DNA of 64,000 nucleotides from Rhynchopus sp. YZ270_cl-10 (lineage: Eukaryota): NCBI GenBank assembly GCA_964035575.1, contig OZ037839.1, forward strand, positions 1,364,001 to 1,428,000. The letters are read 5' to 3'. Each line of letters opens with the position of its first letter. Positions within the stretch are counted from its first letter, which is position 1. Shown here one piece after another: positions 23,690 through 36,891 of this stretch. The notes below the pieces were generated by a model. It was not told the origin of the DNA and made no database searches. It saw only the letters and a list, made by a program, of their open reading frames with translations. The translations under genes and the position numbers were made by a program.

Positions 23690-25685
23690 AGGGGATAAAA
23701 CTCGTGTAATTTTGTGAATTCCCACAAAGGTGGGTGATAATGTGCCCTTTGTCACTCAATTGTAACCGAGAATGTATGGGAGAATGAAATATTATTTCCC
23801 AACCCAACAACAACGATAAAGCGTGAAGACAATAAATGAAATCAAAGCGGAATAAATTTGAGGTTTTGTGAGGCACTCAACGAGTGTGCCGGCTCTGTGG
23901 CGTCACGGAGCCACCAACACTCCCCAGTCATTTTTCCTGCGCTTCCAGGAAAACTCGCGTTTGCGACCAGGCCGAAACGAAAAAATTTAATTCACAGCAA
24001 ACAGGTGTGAGGGAGAAGAAAAGAAAGTGAACAAAAACGAAAAAACAATGTTTTTCTGAAATGTGATGTTGTTGGGGTGGGGAGAATAAAACAGTTCCAG
24101 AAAAGCTCCTGCGTCGGTTTTCTTTTGGTTAAAAAAATCACTCAGTAAAAAAAAGAACTTTTTCATCACTCCCCTCAAACACTGCCAAAACGAAGAAGGA
24201 CAGGATGTATGACACTTACGGATACCAAGTCTCAGCGGGTATGAGAAGCAAGGAGGTGTACAAGAAGAAATGGGACGAGTTCTTGCGGTTTTCAAACCTC
24301 GAGCGACTTGGTCCGCTTTGTATTGACACGGACCTCGACACCCCGACATGTACTGGCTTTTGAGAAAGGCAGTCGGTTCCTCGGTAGATTGCGTGCAAGT
24401 GAGGGAATATCCATCTGCTTGGAAGACGTCAAAACACCAAACATAGTATTTCGCGACATAAAGGGCAGATCAAATACTCACTGCCTTACATTCTCGGTTA
24501 CAATTGAGTGACACAAAGGGCATATAATCTGCAAAATTACACGAGTTTTATTTCACTGAGTTAGATAATTATTATCTCATGAAATAAAGTGAACATTATT
24601 TCACGAGGTGGTGGGTGACTCAAACTGGGGCTCAACTTCACGAAGCGAGTGGAGTTCAGCATTTTGATTTCATGAGTGAAGTGAGTGTAATCATAAAAGT
24701 GATGTCACGAGCGATAGCGAGTGGGTATCACGTATTCCAGTTTGTGAATCACCCAACAGTTAAATAATGTTCACTTTAGTTTTCGATACGTAATTTTATA
24801 CCACGCGTGAAAAACGTAAACAGGTGAAAAAGTGAGTGAAATAAGATTCGTTTTATTTCACGTTTTATTTCACGCAAATCGTGAAGGATTGGGTGGGGGA
24901 GTGAAATAAAAGATCACGGAGTGATCTGAAGGACACGACGTGTTCTTCCCTGGGCTCGTTCGCTCCTGAAAGTCTGTTGAAACGGAGGAAATCGTCCCAT
25001 GTTTTCCTGTACTGCACACCACTGTTCATGTCGTCGAACAAGTTGTCATATGCATCCTCCATCTCCGCAAACTTGCGCGTGGGTTTAGGCATGTGTGTAA
25101 GAGGCAATAAATAATCTGTAATTTGAAGTGTGGTGGTGTGAGGGGTGGAGCGTGGGCTCAACGTTCCACTGTTTACACCTATAAATACGTTTTTCACTTG
25201 TGGAATAAAATTACATATTGAGTGAAATAAGAACATTTTCTTGCACTTGCCACTAAAAAGGCACCCTCGTGACTCTCTCACTCTTATTCCCCTCGCTTCG
25301 CTCGGGAAATAACGCACTCGGGCACCTTTTTAGTGGCGCGTGAAATAAAATAGTTCTTATTTCACTCGAATAAATAGTTATTATCTCACGGGCAATAATG
25401 TTGTGCTGCGTTTTCGAAATTCCTACAGTATATTTGACAAATGATGTATGACCACCTAGTACGGGGCGTCAAGGTTGGGTATGGTGAACAGTTCCTCGAA
25501 GTCCTATGACTGCAACCCTTTTGGTTGCATGCGCAGATCTCCTCCACATTGCTTTTGCGCCTACTCTCGGCATGGGTTTTGTTTTGTTCTTTGTGTGCGG
25601 AGATAATGTCTACTGTATTTTGTGTAATCTCCAGGAAGGAATTTCGAAAACGCGGCCAAACATTATTACACAAGTGAGATAAAAA
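23690..25685. mobile_element. Cluster of Crypton-like (tyrosine recombinase) non-autonomous elements
   Basis: Paired internal inverted repeats (23694-23776 / 24487-24552; 25380-25425 / 25636-25683), CTCGCTTCGCTCG hairpin, and YR fragments at 24205-24480 (+) and 24900-25092 (-). Confidence 0.6.
24205..24480 (+). pseudogene. Tyrosine recombinase fragment (Crypton-like)
   Basis: Across frameshifts: SKEVYKKKWDEFLRF ... PDMYWLLRKAV ... FLGRLRASEGISICLEDVK (box I G-x-R-x-x-E pattern). Confidence 0.6.
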
Positions 25686-26090
25686 ATTGTTGGCTCTCTC
25701 TCTGTTGTTTTGGCTTTTGTTTTTTTGTCTATTTGTGACGAGGCCTGGAACACCTGAACATAGGCATATCTGGAAAATCTATCTGAGGTGTGGCAAATTA
25801 AATATATTCAAGCGTGTGGTTGAGGCGCACCTAAACATAAGTAAGTGCCAAGTCTGAACATTTATTTTCAGAGGCCTTAGTGAGGCTGTTTCGGCCTCGT
25901 TGCATTGTATCATGATGTAATAAGGTTCACATACTTTCGATTCAAAGAAGAGAAAGCACACAAGAAAATAAAATGCTGCAAACCACTGGGTGTGTTGTTT
26001 GCATCTACACAAGTAACTGAAAGTTAAACATTTACATACCTTGTCTTCCCCGTAGCCTCCGCCTTCGCTGCTGTCAAGCTGCCTTCTCTT

Positions 26091-26288
26091 GGTACCCAGT
26101 ACCCAGTACCCAGTACCCAGTACCCAGTACCCAGTACCCAGTACCCAGTACCCAGTACCCAGTACCCAGTACCCAGTACCCAGTACCCAGTACCCAGTAC
26201 CCAGTACCCAGTACCCAGTACCCAGTACCCAGTACCCAGTACCCAGTACCCAGTACCCAGTACCCAGTACCCAGTACCCAGTACCCAA
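26091..26288. repeat. (GTACCCA)n 7-mer satellite
   Basis: Direct reading; another array at 29117-29210. Confidence 0.95.
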
Positions 26289-27029
26289 ATTGGTCGCCCC
26301 CTGGTTGGTCGAGAACCTAAAAATGCAAAAAAACGCAAAATTCATGTGTTTTGACCATGTCTGGGTACACCAAATACACACCTCTGAACAAGCCTATACC
26401 CAGTAGTAGGCAACAAGCGCTATTTTTTGACCAAGAAAAAAAAATCCCCCAAAAATTGGGTGTAGTAGGTCATAAAATGGCCCAAAAAATTCAAAGAAAA
26501 CCTCAGATTGACCAAACAATGAAAAAAATTTTCAAGTCAAATTTTCAGCCAAAATACGGCTATTTTGGTAAAACCATGTGTACTGTAGTGGCTATACAAG
26601 GCGATTTTCGGCCAAAAAAATTTTTTTGGCCAAAAAAAAAATTTTTTTTTTCGGCCCAAAAAAAAAAAAAATTTTTTTTTTGGGTCCGACTGTCGGACCC
26701 CAGAGTCCGACAGTCGGACTCCAGAGTCCGTCTGTCGGACTCCAGAGTCCGACAGACGGACCCCTGAGTCCGTCTGTCGGACTCAGGGGGTCCGACTGTC
26801 GGACTCAGGGGGTAAGTCCGTTATTTACACACTCCAAGCACGACAGACCGCACCGTGCCAAAAAGATTTTTCAAAATCCCAAAAATCTTTTTTATCTTTT
26901 TTTTGAGAAAAAAAAGATTTTCAAGATCTTTTTCATTAGGCTAGTTGACGTCACGGACATTTGGGTTTGGGAGGGTTTGAGAGGATTTGGGCAGATTTGG
27001 GGGGGTTTGAGAGGGTTAGTAAGGGTAGG

Positions 27030-29110
27030 GCAGGGTATGGCAGGGTATGGCAGGGTTTGGCATAGTATGGCACGGTTTGGCAGGGTATGGCACGGTATGG
27101 CAGGGTATGGCAGGGTATGGCACGGTTTGGCACGGTATGGCACGGTTTGGCAGGGTATGGCACGGTTTGGCAGGGTATGGCACGGTTTGGCACGGGTGTG
27201 GCACGGTTTCGCACGGGTGTGGCAGGGTATGGCACGGTTTGGCAGGGTATGGCACGGTTTGGCAGGGTATGGCACGGTTTGGCACGGGTGTGGCAGGGTA
27301 TGGCACGGTTTGGCAGGGTATGGCACGGTATGGCACGGTATGGCAGGGTATGGCACGGTTTGGCAGGGTATGGCACGGTATGGCACGGTTTGGCACGGGT
27401 GTGGCAGGGTATGGCACGGTTTGGCAGGGTATGGCACGGTTTGGCAGGGTATGGCACGGTTTGGCAGGGTATGGCACGGTTTGGCAGGGTATGGCACGGT
27501 ATGGCACGGTTTGGCACGGGTGTGGCAGGGTATGGCACGGTTTGGCAGGGTATGGCACGGTTTGGCAGGGTATGGCACGGTATGGCACGGTTTGGCACGG
27601 TTTGGCAGGGTATGGCACGGTTTGGCACGGGTGTGGCAGGGTATGGCACGGTTTGGCAGGGTATGGCACGGTTTGGCAGGGTATGGCACGGTATGGCACG
27701 GTATGGCAGGGGTGTGGCAGGGTATGGCACGGTTTGGCAGGGTATGGCACGGTTTGGCAGGGTATGGCACGGTATGGCACGGTTTGGCACGGTATGGCAC
27801 GGTTTGGCAGGGTATGGCACGGGTGTGGCAGGGTGTGGCACGGTATGGCACGGTTTGGCACGGGTGTGGCAGGGTATGGCACGGTTTGGCAGGGTATGGC
27901 ACGGTTTGGCAGGGTATGGCACGGTTTGGCAGGGTATGGCACGGTATGGCACGGTTTGGCACGGTTTGGCAGGGTATGGCACGGTTTGGCACGGGTGTGG
28001 CAGGGTATGGCACGGTTTGGCAGGGTATGGCACGGTTTGGCAGGGTATGGCACGGTATGGCACGGTATGGCAGGGGTGTGGCAGGGTATGGCACGGTTTG
28101 GCAGGGTATGGCACGGTTTGGCAGGGTATGGCACGGTATGGCACGGTTTGGCACGGTATGGCACGGTTTGGCAGGGTATGGCACGGTATGGCACGGGTGT
28201 GGCAGGGTGTGGCACGGTATGGCACGGTTTGGCACGGGTGTGGCAGGGTATGGCACGGTTTGGCAGGGTATGGCACGGTTTGGCAGGGTATGGCACGGTA
28301 TGGCACGGTTTGGCACGGGTGTGGCAGGGTATGGCACGGTTTGGCAGGGTATGGCACGGTTTGGCAGGGTATGGCACGGTATGGCACGGTTTGGCACGGT
28401 TTGGCAGGGTATGGCACGGTTTGGCACGGGTGTGGCAGGGTTTGGCAGGGTATGGCACGGTTTGGCAGGGTATGGCACGGTATGGCACGGTATGGCAGGG
28501 GTGTGGCAGGGTATGGCACGGTTTGGCAGGGTATGGCACGGTATGGCACGGTTTGGCACGGTATGGCACGGTTTGGCAGGGTATGGCACGGTTTGGCAGG
28601 GTATGGCACGGTATGGCACGGTATGGCAGGGGTGTGGCAGGGTATGGCACGGTTTGGCAGGGTATGGCACGGTATGGCACGGTTTGGCACGGTATGGCAC
28701 GGTTTGGCAGGGTATGGCACGGTATGGCACGGGTGTGGCAGGGTGTGGCACGGTTTGGCACGGGTGTGGCAGGGTATGGCACGGTTTGGCAGGGTATGGC
28801 ACGGTTTGGCAGGGTATGGCACGGTTTGGCAGGGTATGGCACGGTATGGCACGGTTTGGCACGGTATGGCACGGTTTGGCAGGGTATGGCACGGTTTGGC
28901 ACGGGTGTGGCAGGGTATGGCACGGTTTGGCAGGGTATGGCACGGTTTGGCAGGGTATGGCACGGTTTGGCACGGGTGTGGCAGGGTATGGCACGGTTTG
29001 GCAGGGTATGGCACGGTATGGCACGGGTGTGGCAGGGTGTGGCACGGTTTGGCACGGGTATGGCGCAGTGTGGCACGGTATGGCAGGGTGTGGCACAGTG
29101 TGGCACGGGT
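27030..29110. repeat. 10/11-mer variant satellite TGGCA(C/G)GG(TA/TT/GTG)
   Basis: About 200 units drawn from a few variants; resumes at 30490-30665. Confidence 0.95.
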
Positions 29111-29459
29111 AGCCATTACCCAGTACCCAGTACCCAGTACCCAGTACCCAGTACCCAGTACCCAGTACCCAGTACCCAGTACCCAGTACCCAGTACTCAG
29201 TACCCAGTACCGGGAGGGTATGGCATGGTATGGCAGGGTATTGAAAAAGTTTGTTTCAATGGTGTGGCGCCTTAACCGATTCCGCGTGTTTCTACCGGTT
29301 GTCGCTCCGTAAAGGGGGGTTCCAGATGTTGGAAATTTTTTTTTTTGTTTTCGTTGGTGAAGCTTTTAAACGGCGGTATTTGCATTTCCGGAATCCGTCC
29401 GACCAGTGGTGGGGTCAATTTGCCGAAATGCACAAGTTCTCGTTTTTGGTCAATTTCCG

Positions 29460-29752
29460 CAGTATACACAGTATACACAGTATACACAGTGTTCACAGTA
29501 TACACAGTATACACAGTATACACAGTATACACAGTATACACAGTATACACAGTATACACAGTATACACAGCATACACAGTATACACAGTATACACAGTAT
29601 ACACAGTATACACAGTATACACAGTATACACAGTATACACAGTATACACAGTATACACAGTATACACAGTATACACAGTATACACAGTATACACAGTATA
29701 CACAGTATACACAGTATACACAGTATACACAGTATACACAGTATACACAGTA
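29460..29752. repeat. (AGTATACAC)n 9-mer satellite
   Basis: Direct reading; same unit at 62473-62734. Confidence 0.95.
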
Positions 29753-29811
29753 CAGTACAGCTGGCCATTGAAAAGAAATGGTATGGCAGGGTTTGGCACG
29801 GTATGGCACGG

Positions 29812-30468
29812 GTAGCCATTAGCCATTAGCCATTAGCCATTAGCCATTAGCCATTAGCCATTAGCCATTAGCCATTAGCCATTAGCCATTAGCCATTAGC
29901 CATTAGCCATTAGCCATTAGCCATTAGCCATTAGCCATTAGCCATTAGCCATTAGCCATTAGCCATTAGCCATTAGCCATTAGCCATTAGCCATTAGCCA
30001 TTAGCCATTAGCCATTAGCCATTAGCCATTAGCCATTAGCCATTAGCCATTAGCCATTAGCCATTAGCCATTAGCCATTAGCCATTAGCCATTAGCCATT
30101 AGCCATTAGCCATTAGCCATTAGCCATTAGCCATTAGCCATTAGCCATTAGCCATTAGCCATTAGCCATTAGCCATTAGCCATTAGCCATTAGCCATTAG
30201 CCATTAGCCATTAGCCATTAGCCATTAGCCATTAGCCATTAGCCATTAGCCATTAGCCATTAGCCATTAGCCATTAGCCATTAGCCATTAGCCATTAGCC
30301 ATTAGCCATTAGCCATTAGCCATTAGCCATTAGCCATTAGCCATTAGCCATTAGCCATTAGCCATTAGCCATTAGCCATTAGCCATTAGCCATTAGCCAT
30401 TAGCCATTAGCCATTAGCCATTAGCCATTAGCCATTAGCCATTAGCCATTAGCCATTAGCCATTAGCC
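29812..30468. repeat. (AGCCATT)n perfect 7-mer satellite
   Basis: Direct reading. Confidence 0.95.
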
Positions 30469-32518
30469 AGTACCCAGTACCGGGAGGGTATGGCAGGGTA
30501 TGGCACGGTATGGCAGGGTTTGGCATGGTATGGCAGGGTATGGCACGGTATGGCACGGTTTGGCACGGGTATGGCAGGGTATGGCAGGGTATGGCACGGT
30601 TTGGCACGGGTATGGCAGGGTATGGCACGGTTTGGCACGGTATGGCAGGGTTTGGCACGGTATGGGACATGATTATCCCAAAAAAAAGGCAAACGTGCGG
30701 TATGGGAGGGTACGGCAGGGTATGGTTGGGTATGGTAGGGTATGCGAGGGTTCGCGAGGGTTTTGGAGGGTTTGGGGGCATTTGAGGGCGGTATGGGGGG
30801 GTATGGGACACGATTTTCCAGAAAAATGGACAAATTTCCTAAACCGACCCGTGGCGTCAACTAGCCTATTCATCTTTTTTTCTCTTTTTTTCCTTTTTTT
30901 CCTTTTTTTTTTCAGGATTTTTCAAAGATCTCAAAGATCTCGAGAGATCCTGAAAAAAAAAGACAAAAATCCTGAAAATCTTGATTTTTTTTTTTTCTCT
31001 CGAAAAAAGACAAAAAAAGACAAAAGATCTTTCCTAACCCGTGAAAAAAACAAAAACAAAGAAAAAAAACGTTTATGATGTGGATGAAGGGGGGTGATTC
31101 GCACTTCTTGCGCACTTTTCCGCACTTTTTGCGCACTTATGTGGGAAGCATGCCACCAGTGTTAAATTTTTTACAAGCAAAATTGACCAAAAAAGCTGAT
31201 TTTTCGAAGGCTGATTCGTACTTTACGCTAACGTTTCCTTATGTCATTTTATGTCCCCCTTTTTTTAGTGTTTCCTTATTGCCTTTTTCTCTTTGCTCTC
31301 TGATAAGGATCTCTGTGAAGAAAAAAGTGTGCTGACTATCTTGTGATAATAGTCTAAATCTTGGGATGAGTTTCCTCACTATATTGACCGGGCTCAACGC
31401 CTTAAGCCACGCAGGCGATTGTCGCTGCAATGGAAAAATCACATATATTACAGTGGAGTTCATCCTCGGGTGTCTACACTGATACAACAAAGTTTTCAAA
31501 AAAAATCAAATCTCACCCTCCCTAGTGTACAGAACCTGTCTCTTTTTTTATGACAAAATGTGGTGATTGTCGATGCAAAAAAATAAAAAAGAAATTTAAA
31601 AAAAAACAAAAAAAAAAACCCCCGAGTAGGGCATTTCTCGTCGCACCCTCGGTTTTCCTGTTGTGTGTTTTGTGTATAAACTCGTCGCACCCCCCTCTGA
31701 TCTTCTGTCACTCTCCCCTCCAAAAGAAAAGCTAGGGGCAACAGTATTGGAGTGTACCATTGGTAAACAGTGGTATTTCAATCATGATACAGGTGAGTGC
31801 CGGCACCTCCCCTTTTTCGCCAGTTGTGTGTGCACGTTTTGGAAGGCAACTTCCTTCTTTAGTTCCACCGTGCTCCATTTTTCTTGGAGCTTACAGGGAC
31901 CGTACATGCTCCGTTCCCTCGGAGGAATGGTAAAAAAGTTTTCAAAAAAAGCGCCCAATCGCCCATTTTTTTCACCATTTTTTTCTTTATTTTAATTCTG
32001 CTGTTTCGTCTCTGATCTGCTGTACAGTCGCCGACACTGCCTCCAACATTGCCTCCTGTATAGCAGCCTGGTCTCTTCCTTCGTTGGTGCTGCCAGTGTG
32101 GCTGCCAGCTCGGCGGTCTGTGCAGCTGGCGGTGTCGGTGCAGGTGCAGGTGCAGTTGGTGGTGACAGGCGCAGGTAGTGGCGCGCTGGTTTTACGGGGT
32201 TCGAGTTCATCAGTGGCGGCAGCGAGGTCGCTCTCCAAAGTGCGGAGTGCCGCGTGGGTGATGGCTTCATCCCGCAACCCACCCTTGGCGCCCTCCACCG
32301 GACCCGCGCCCGCCTGTTCCTCCGCCCAAGCTCCATACGTAGTGTACCCACCGTGCGACGCAGCTTCGCCAGGTTGCGCTCCTTCTCGCTCGTTGTTTTT
32401 TGTTGCGCTCTTGGAAAACCTCATCGCCCTCACCCCCCACAACCCACAGAAGCTCACTTCTTTTACACATTACACTCTCCCCCCTCCCCTTCCTCCCCCC
32501 CCTCCCCCTTTTAACACT

Positions 32519-33808
32519 ATGGGTTTCAAATCTACACCGAAACACCCCGCTGCTGCAAAGCCTGCTAAAAATGCAAAGCTTACAACACGCAGCACCCCAC
32601 GTATCCCGAAGGACTTTGACCGGCACAAAGCGGTTCGGGTCTTCCTATTGTGCTGGACGCTTCTCTCTGGCGCACTTCTTTCTTGGGTGGTCGGGCACAT
32701 GCTAGACCAAGAGCATGCCGTCAGGGAGTACCTCCCCACCGACGCGGTAGTGTTGAACAGCTCCGTTCTCGATTATCGCATCACAAAAAACACACGGTTC
32801 AAGATGCGCGGCGACTGGGGGATCAACCTTGAATACCAGTACCTCCACAATGGGGTGGCATACACCGGCACGACTGCATGGTACTATGGAAACGCTGTAG
32901 GGCACATCTACTCTCGCGCGAAGGAAGTTGTCGTAGGCTTCCCCATTGGCTCTACGCAGGAGGTGTACGTCAACCCCGCAAATCCATCCGACTCATTCGC
33001 GGTCCGTGAGATGTGGTTTCGCCCCTATTCTGCAGCATTGTTTATATGCATGGTGAACCTAGTGGTCCTCTGGTATATGTCCGCAGAATATGATTGGGGG
33101 AAGAACGTACCGCTCCGTAGACGGCTCTATCCAAGCACGGTGAATTCAAAAAAATTTGAATTTTGCATTGGAACCAGGTCTCTTAAAGGCGGAGGGGTGG
33201 CAGCATTTATTCCCGAAATGGTTTTGCTTGTTGTCTGGCATTTTGTTGGTGTAGCTATCTGGACTAGGTATATGGCGCTCCCTAATTTGCATAACGGTCT
33301 TGGAGAAGAAGTGATTGCGTATCATATGATTGGGCTAGCATTAACCCTGCGGCTTTTTTATCTGGCTACGATGGCATATAATTTTGCAGATATCCGTCTT
33401 TCGATTGACACTGAAAAGGTGACGGTCGACAATAACATTATACTGAACGTCTCTCAGGACGCGATGAGAGGGTTTTCGTATACCACTGCGATGATGGCGC
33501 TGACGTGCACAGAGGGAAGGCAGAGAATGCGGAACAACAAAACCAAGCATGTGACAAAGGCGTTGTCCACAACGGAAATTGATCTGATAAAGGATGGCTA
33601 CATCAAGGGCCCCGTCAGCAAGGCGCAGCCGCTGAATGTGGATGTGCCCGTGTGCTTCGCAAAGCATATTACCTCTGAAACCGAGCCGAAACCCAACGAG
33701 CGGGTCATGGTACAGTGGTATCTCTCCATCTACCTCCGCCCTGCCTATTGCCCTTTCCGCTATAATATGCATATCCCGGTTTGGGTGCACGACCATCCAA
33801 GGAAATGA
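32519..33808 (+). CDS. DUF3592-like multi-pass membrane protein
   Basis: ATG after a pyrimidine tract; TM helix, then T.AVV...Y.Y...G..YTG...G....VYVNP.NP.DS, then further TM helices. Confidence 0.75.
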   Translation: MGFKSTPKHPAAAKPAKNAKLTTRSTPRIPKDFDRHKAVRVFLLCWTLLSGALLSWVVGHMLDQEHAVREYLPTDAVVLNSSVLDYRITKNTRFKMRGDWGINLEYQYLHNGVAYTGTTAWYYGNAVGHIYSRAKEVVVGFPIGSTQEVYVNPANPSDSFAVREMWFRPYSAALFICMVNLVVLWYMSAEYDWGKNVPLRRRLYPSTVNSKKFEFCIGTRSLKGGGVAAFIPEMVLLVVWHFVGVAIWTRYMALPNLHNGLGEEVIAYHMIGLALTLRLFYLATMAYNFADIRLSIDTEKVTVDNNIILNVSQDAMRGFSYTTAMMALTCTEGRQRMRNNKTKHVTKALSTTEIDLIKDGYIKGPVSKAQPLNVDVPVCFAKHITSETEPKPNERVMVQWYLSIYLRPAYCPFRYNMHIPVWVHDHPRK

Positions 33809-33947
33809 GTGAAGAAAGAGAGAGAGAGCGAGCGAGGTGGGGCCTATGGGAAAAAGATAGAGTTCAGTCTTGTTCATGTTCAAATAGTATGTTTGTTTGC
33901 AATAACAATGGAAATAGTGTGTTTTCGGGATTTACATTTCACATTTA

Positions 33948-35133
33948 GGGTAGCACAATTAAAAATATTGTTTAGTGTCCTGCGCGCGAACAGATTTTTG
34001 GAAATCCAAAAAAAAAAAATAATTGGGACACAACTACAAAAAAAATAATTTTTATGGTTGGTAGGTTGAAGTCAGGACGGACGAAGTCTCGGAGGGCCCT
34101 AAGGGGAAGGTAGGTAGGGCACTTCTGTCTGGGAAAAAGTGACCCGAAAAAAAAAAAAATGTTGGGGTCCCGTGCTCCCAAATGTGCGAAATAAGCAAGA
34201 AATAAGCATTTTTGCGCACACGTGTATAAAAAAAAAATCCGCCTCCGGCGGGGTTCGTTTTCGAGGATTTTCAGAGATCTCACGTTATGAAGATTTCCTT
34301 AAGAAACCATTGAATCTCATATTTCAGAATAATAGTACCTTAGAGTGTTTTTGGACACACATGTGACCCCACCGTGGAGAGCAATCGGCTCGTGCAATCA
34401 AAAGAAAGTGGAGAAAAGGTACAAGAATAAAAAAAGTTGGGTACCGTGTGCCTGCGGCGCTGCCTGTTCCCTTCCAGTTTCTACAGGCAAACACTTGCCC
34501 CCTTTACCTTACACTGACGGGTTTTGACCAAAACCAAGAACTTGTCCATTTCGGCAAATTGACCCCACCACAGAACGGACGGATTCCGAAAATGCAAATG
34601 CCGGTGTTTTCGCGCATTTTCATGTTTCAAGACGTCAGGATCAGGGAGAGAAAATCTGGTTGTGGGATTTACCTTGGCCCTCTTTACCCTACATGGATTT
34701 TGACCAAAACCAAGAATTTGGCCATTTCGGCAAAGTGACCCCACCACAGTGCGGACGGATTCCGGAAATGCCAATCGCGGTATGTTTTGGGGCTGAAAAC
34801 CCACTGTTTTTTCAGGGGAAAAAATTGCTTCCAAATGTCGGAATTTTCCGAATTTTCCTGAAAATGACCCTTGTTTACGAGTATGGGTTCATATTTTGCG
34901 AAAATTTAAGTCACTAAAATTTTGTCCATTTTTCCGTATTCACCCCACCACAAGCCGGGATTGGCTCAGAAATGCAACAAAACGCCCCAGCGTTAGGAAA
35001 TAGCCTGAAAAGAGGGCAAAATAGGCGAGGGAAAAATTATTTTTTTTTGACTAGTTATTTTTTTTTTGCGTGCGTGCGAACAGATTTTTGGGGAGCGGTG
35101 GGACACTAAACAAGGTTTTTAATTGTGCTACCC
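33948..35133. mobile_element. PIF/Harbinger-like MITE
   Basis: TIR GGGTAGCACAATTAAAAA...TTTAGTGTCC; TTA on both flanks. Confidence 0.8.
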
Positions 35134-35268
35134 TTACCAAAAAAAAATAATCTGCAAATAGTAAGCTTGGGGGGAGGGGTTTGCCATTTCCCCTCTTTTT
35201 TCTTTTTTCTTTATGCCTTCTGTTCAGTAGGATAGAAAGTATATGGAATAATTTTTTTTTCTCAATGT

Positions 35269-36264
35269 TGAGGTGATCCAGCGCACACTTTTCCACACGT
35301 TTTCACACCGTGAAAACGTGTGAAAACAAGTGAAAACGTGTGAAACCAAGGTGAAAATGTGTGAAACCAAGTGAAAATATGTGAAACCAAGGTGAAAATG
35401 TGTGAAATCAAGTGAAAACGTGTGAAACCAAGGTGAAAATGTGTGAAACCAAGTGAAAATATGTGAAACCAAGGTGAAAATGTGTGAAATCAAGTGAAAA
35501 CGTGTGAAACCAAGGTGAAAATGTGTGAAACCAAGTGAAAATATGTGAAACCAAGGTGAAAATGTGTGAAACCAAGTGAAAATATGTGAAACCTAGTGAA
35601 AATGTGTGAAACCATGTGAAACCATGTGAAACCATGTGAAACCATGTGAAACCAAGTGAAAATATGTGAAATCAAGTGAAAATGTGTGAAACCATGTGAA
35701 AACACCAAGTTTTTTTTCTGGAGGAATCCACTCAGAGTGCGTGAAGCAGTTTTTTTTTCACTTTCGTACACACTTTTTCACACCGTGAAACCATGTGAAA
35801 ACGTGTGAAACCAAGGTGAAAATGTGTGAAACCAAGTGAAAATATGTGAAACCAAGGTGAAAATGTGTGAAACCAAGTGAAAATATGTGAAACCTAGTGA
35901 AAATGTGTGAAACCATGTGAAACCATGTGAAACCATGTGAAACCATGTGAAACCATGTGAAACCATGTGAAACCATGTGAAACCATGTGAAACCATGTGA
36001 AACCATGTGAAACCATGTGAAACCATGTGAAACCATGTGAAACCATGTGAAACCATGTGAAACCAAGTGAAAATATGTGAAATCAAGTGAAAATGTGTGA
36101 AACCATGTGAAAACACCAAGTTTTTTTTCTGGAGGAATCCACTCAGAGTGCGTGAAGCAGTTTTTTTTCCACTTTCGTACACACTTTTTCACACCGTGAA
36201 ACCATGTGAAAATGTGTGAAACCAAGTGAAAATGTGTGAAAAAGCGTGAGACTGGATCACCTCA
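35269..36264. mobile_element. TIR element expanded by a GTGAAA-cored 10-mer satellite; 100 bp version at 43238-43337
   Basis: TIR TGAGGTGATCCAG; AATGT on both flanks; (CCATGTGAAA)n and variants inside. Confidence 0.75.
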
Positions 36265-36891
36265 AATGTCCCCTTTTTGAATACCCAAAAAAGGGGAGAT
36301 TTTTTTTTTTTAATCGTTTTCTGTTTCTATAGTTTTAAAGATGGTTTTCTCTTCCGTGGGATATTTCGTCTTTTTTTGCTATTTTTTAAACGCCTTTTGC
36401 TGCCGGTTGTTTAGTTTTATTTTCATTTTTATTTTTTGCTTATAAATTTTCCAAGAAATTCGTGCGTACAAAAAAAACAAAACAAAACAAAATGCAAAAA
36501 AAATGCTCGAGACTCGTTTCTCTTTGCTTGTTGCTCAAAAGACTCTTAAAGAGGGGGGGATTCTTTTTTGTTCTCCATTTGCCAATGACTTTCCGAGCCC
36601 GCACCGCACTTCGCACCCCAAGGGGACGACACTTCTTCAGAAGCCACGTATCCGTTTAAAAAGGCTGGGGTTTTAGGAGATTGGCTTGCGTGGACAAGGC
36701 TTGGGCCCCACCTGATTTTCCACGGTAACTACCGCTTGCGCACAGCCGTTTAGGCTGGGGTAATAAAGAGGTTGCGTGGAGTGTGCCGAGCGGGTTGTGA
36801 ACCCGCTTCTGTGGACGGTGCGGACCACCTAGTAAAATTACCTAGTGTTGGGTCAAATCAAGCCGCATTACCCCACGCACCTGAGCCGACG

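Larger units (their letters stand above)
21708..26857. mobile_element. Nested CMC-like element with GTCCGACAGTCGGAC subterminal arrays
   Basis: TIR CACGGTGC(A/G)GTCTGTC(C/G)TG; CC on both flanks; arrays at 21732-21865 and 26683-26810. Confidence 0.7.
26937..30868. mobile_element. TAGG...CCTA TIR element with 5 bp TSD, filled with satellites
   Basis: TIR TAGGCTAGTTGACG(T/C)CACGG; TTCAT at 26932-26936 and 30869-30873. Confidence 0.8.
21442..31043. mobile_element. 9.6 kb composite CMC-like (CAC...GTG) element containing nested elements
   Basis: TIR CACGGGT(CG/TA)GGAAAGATCT; AA on both flanks; matching A/T-rich subterminal GATCT/AATCCTG repeats. Confidence 0.65.

Noticed and set aside
26578..29312. 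700-840 aa ORFs in all six frames
   Set aside because: Translations of a stop-free satellite; the same applies to ORFs at 21.3-22.4, 29.3-29.8, 49.5-50.9 and 62.4-63.3 kb.
31745..31800. WW-domain-like peptide GKQWYFNHDTGE followed by GTGAGT
   Set aside because: Too short, with no supporting exon structure.
32084..32518. N-terminal extension of the 574 aa ORF
   Set aside because: Non-ATG start in antisense GC-rich sequence and a pyrimidine tract; ATG 32519 is more plausible.
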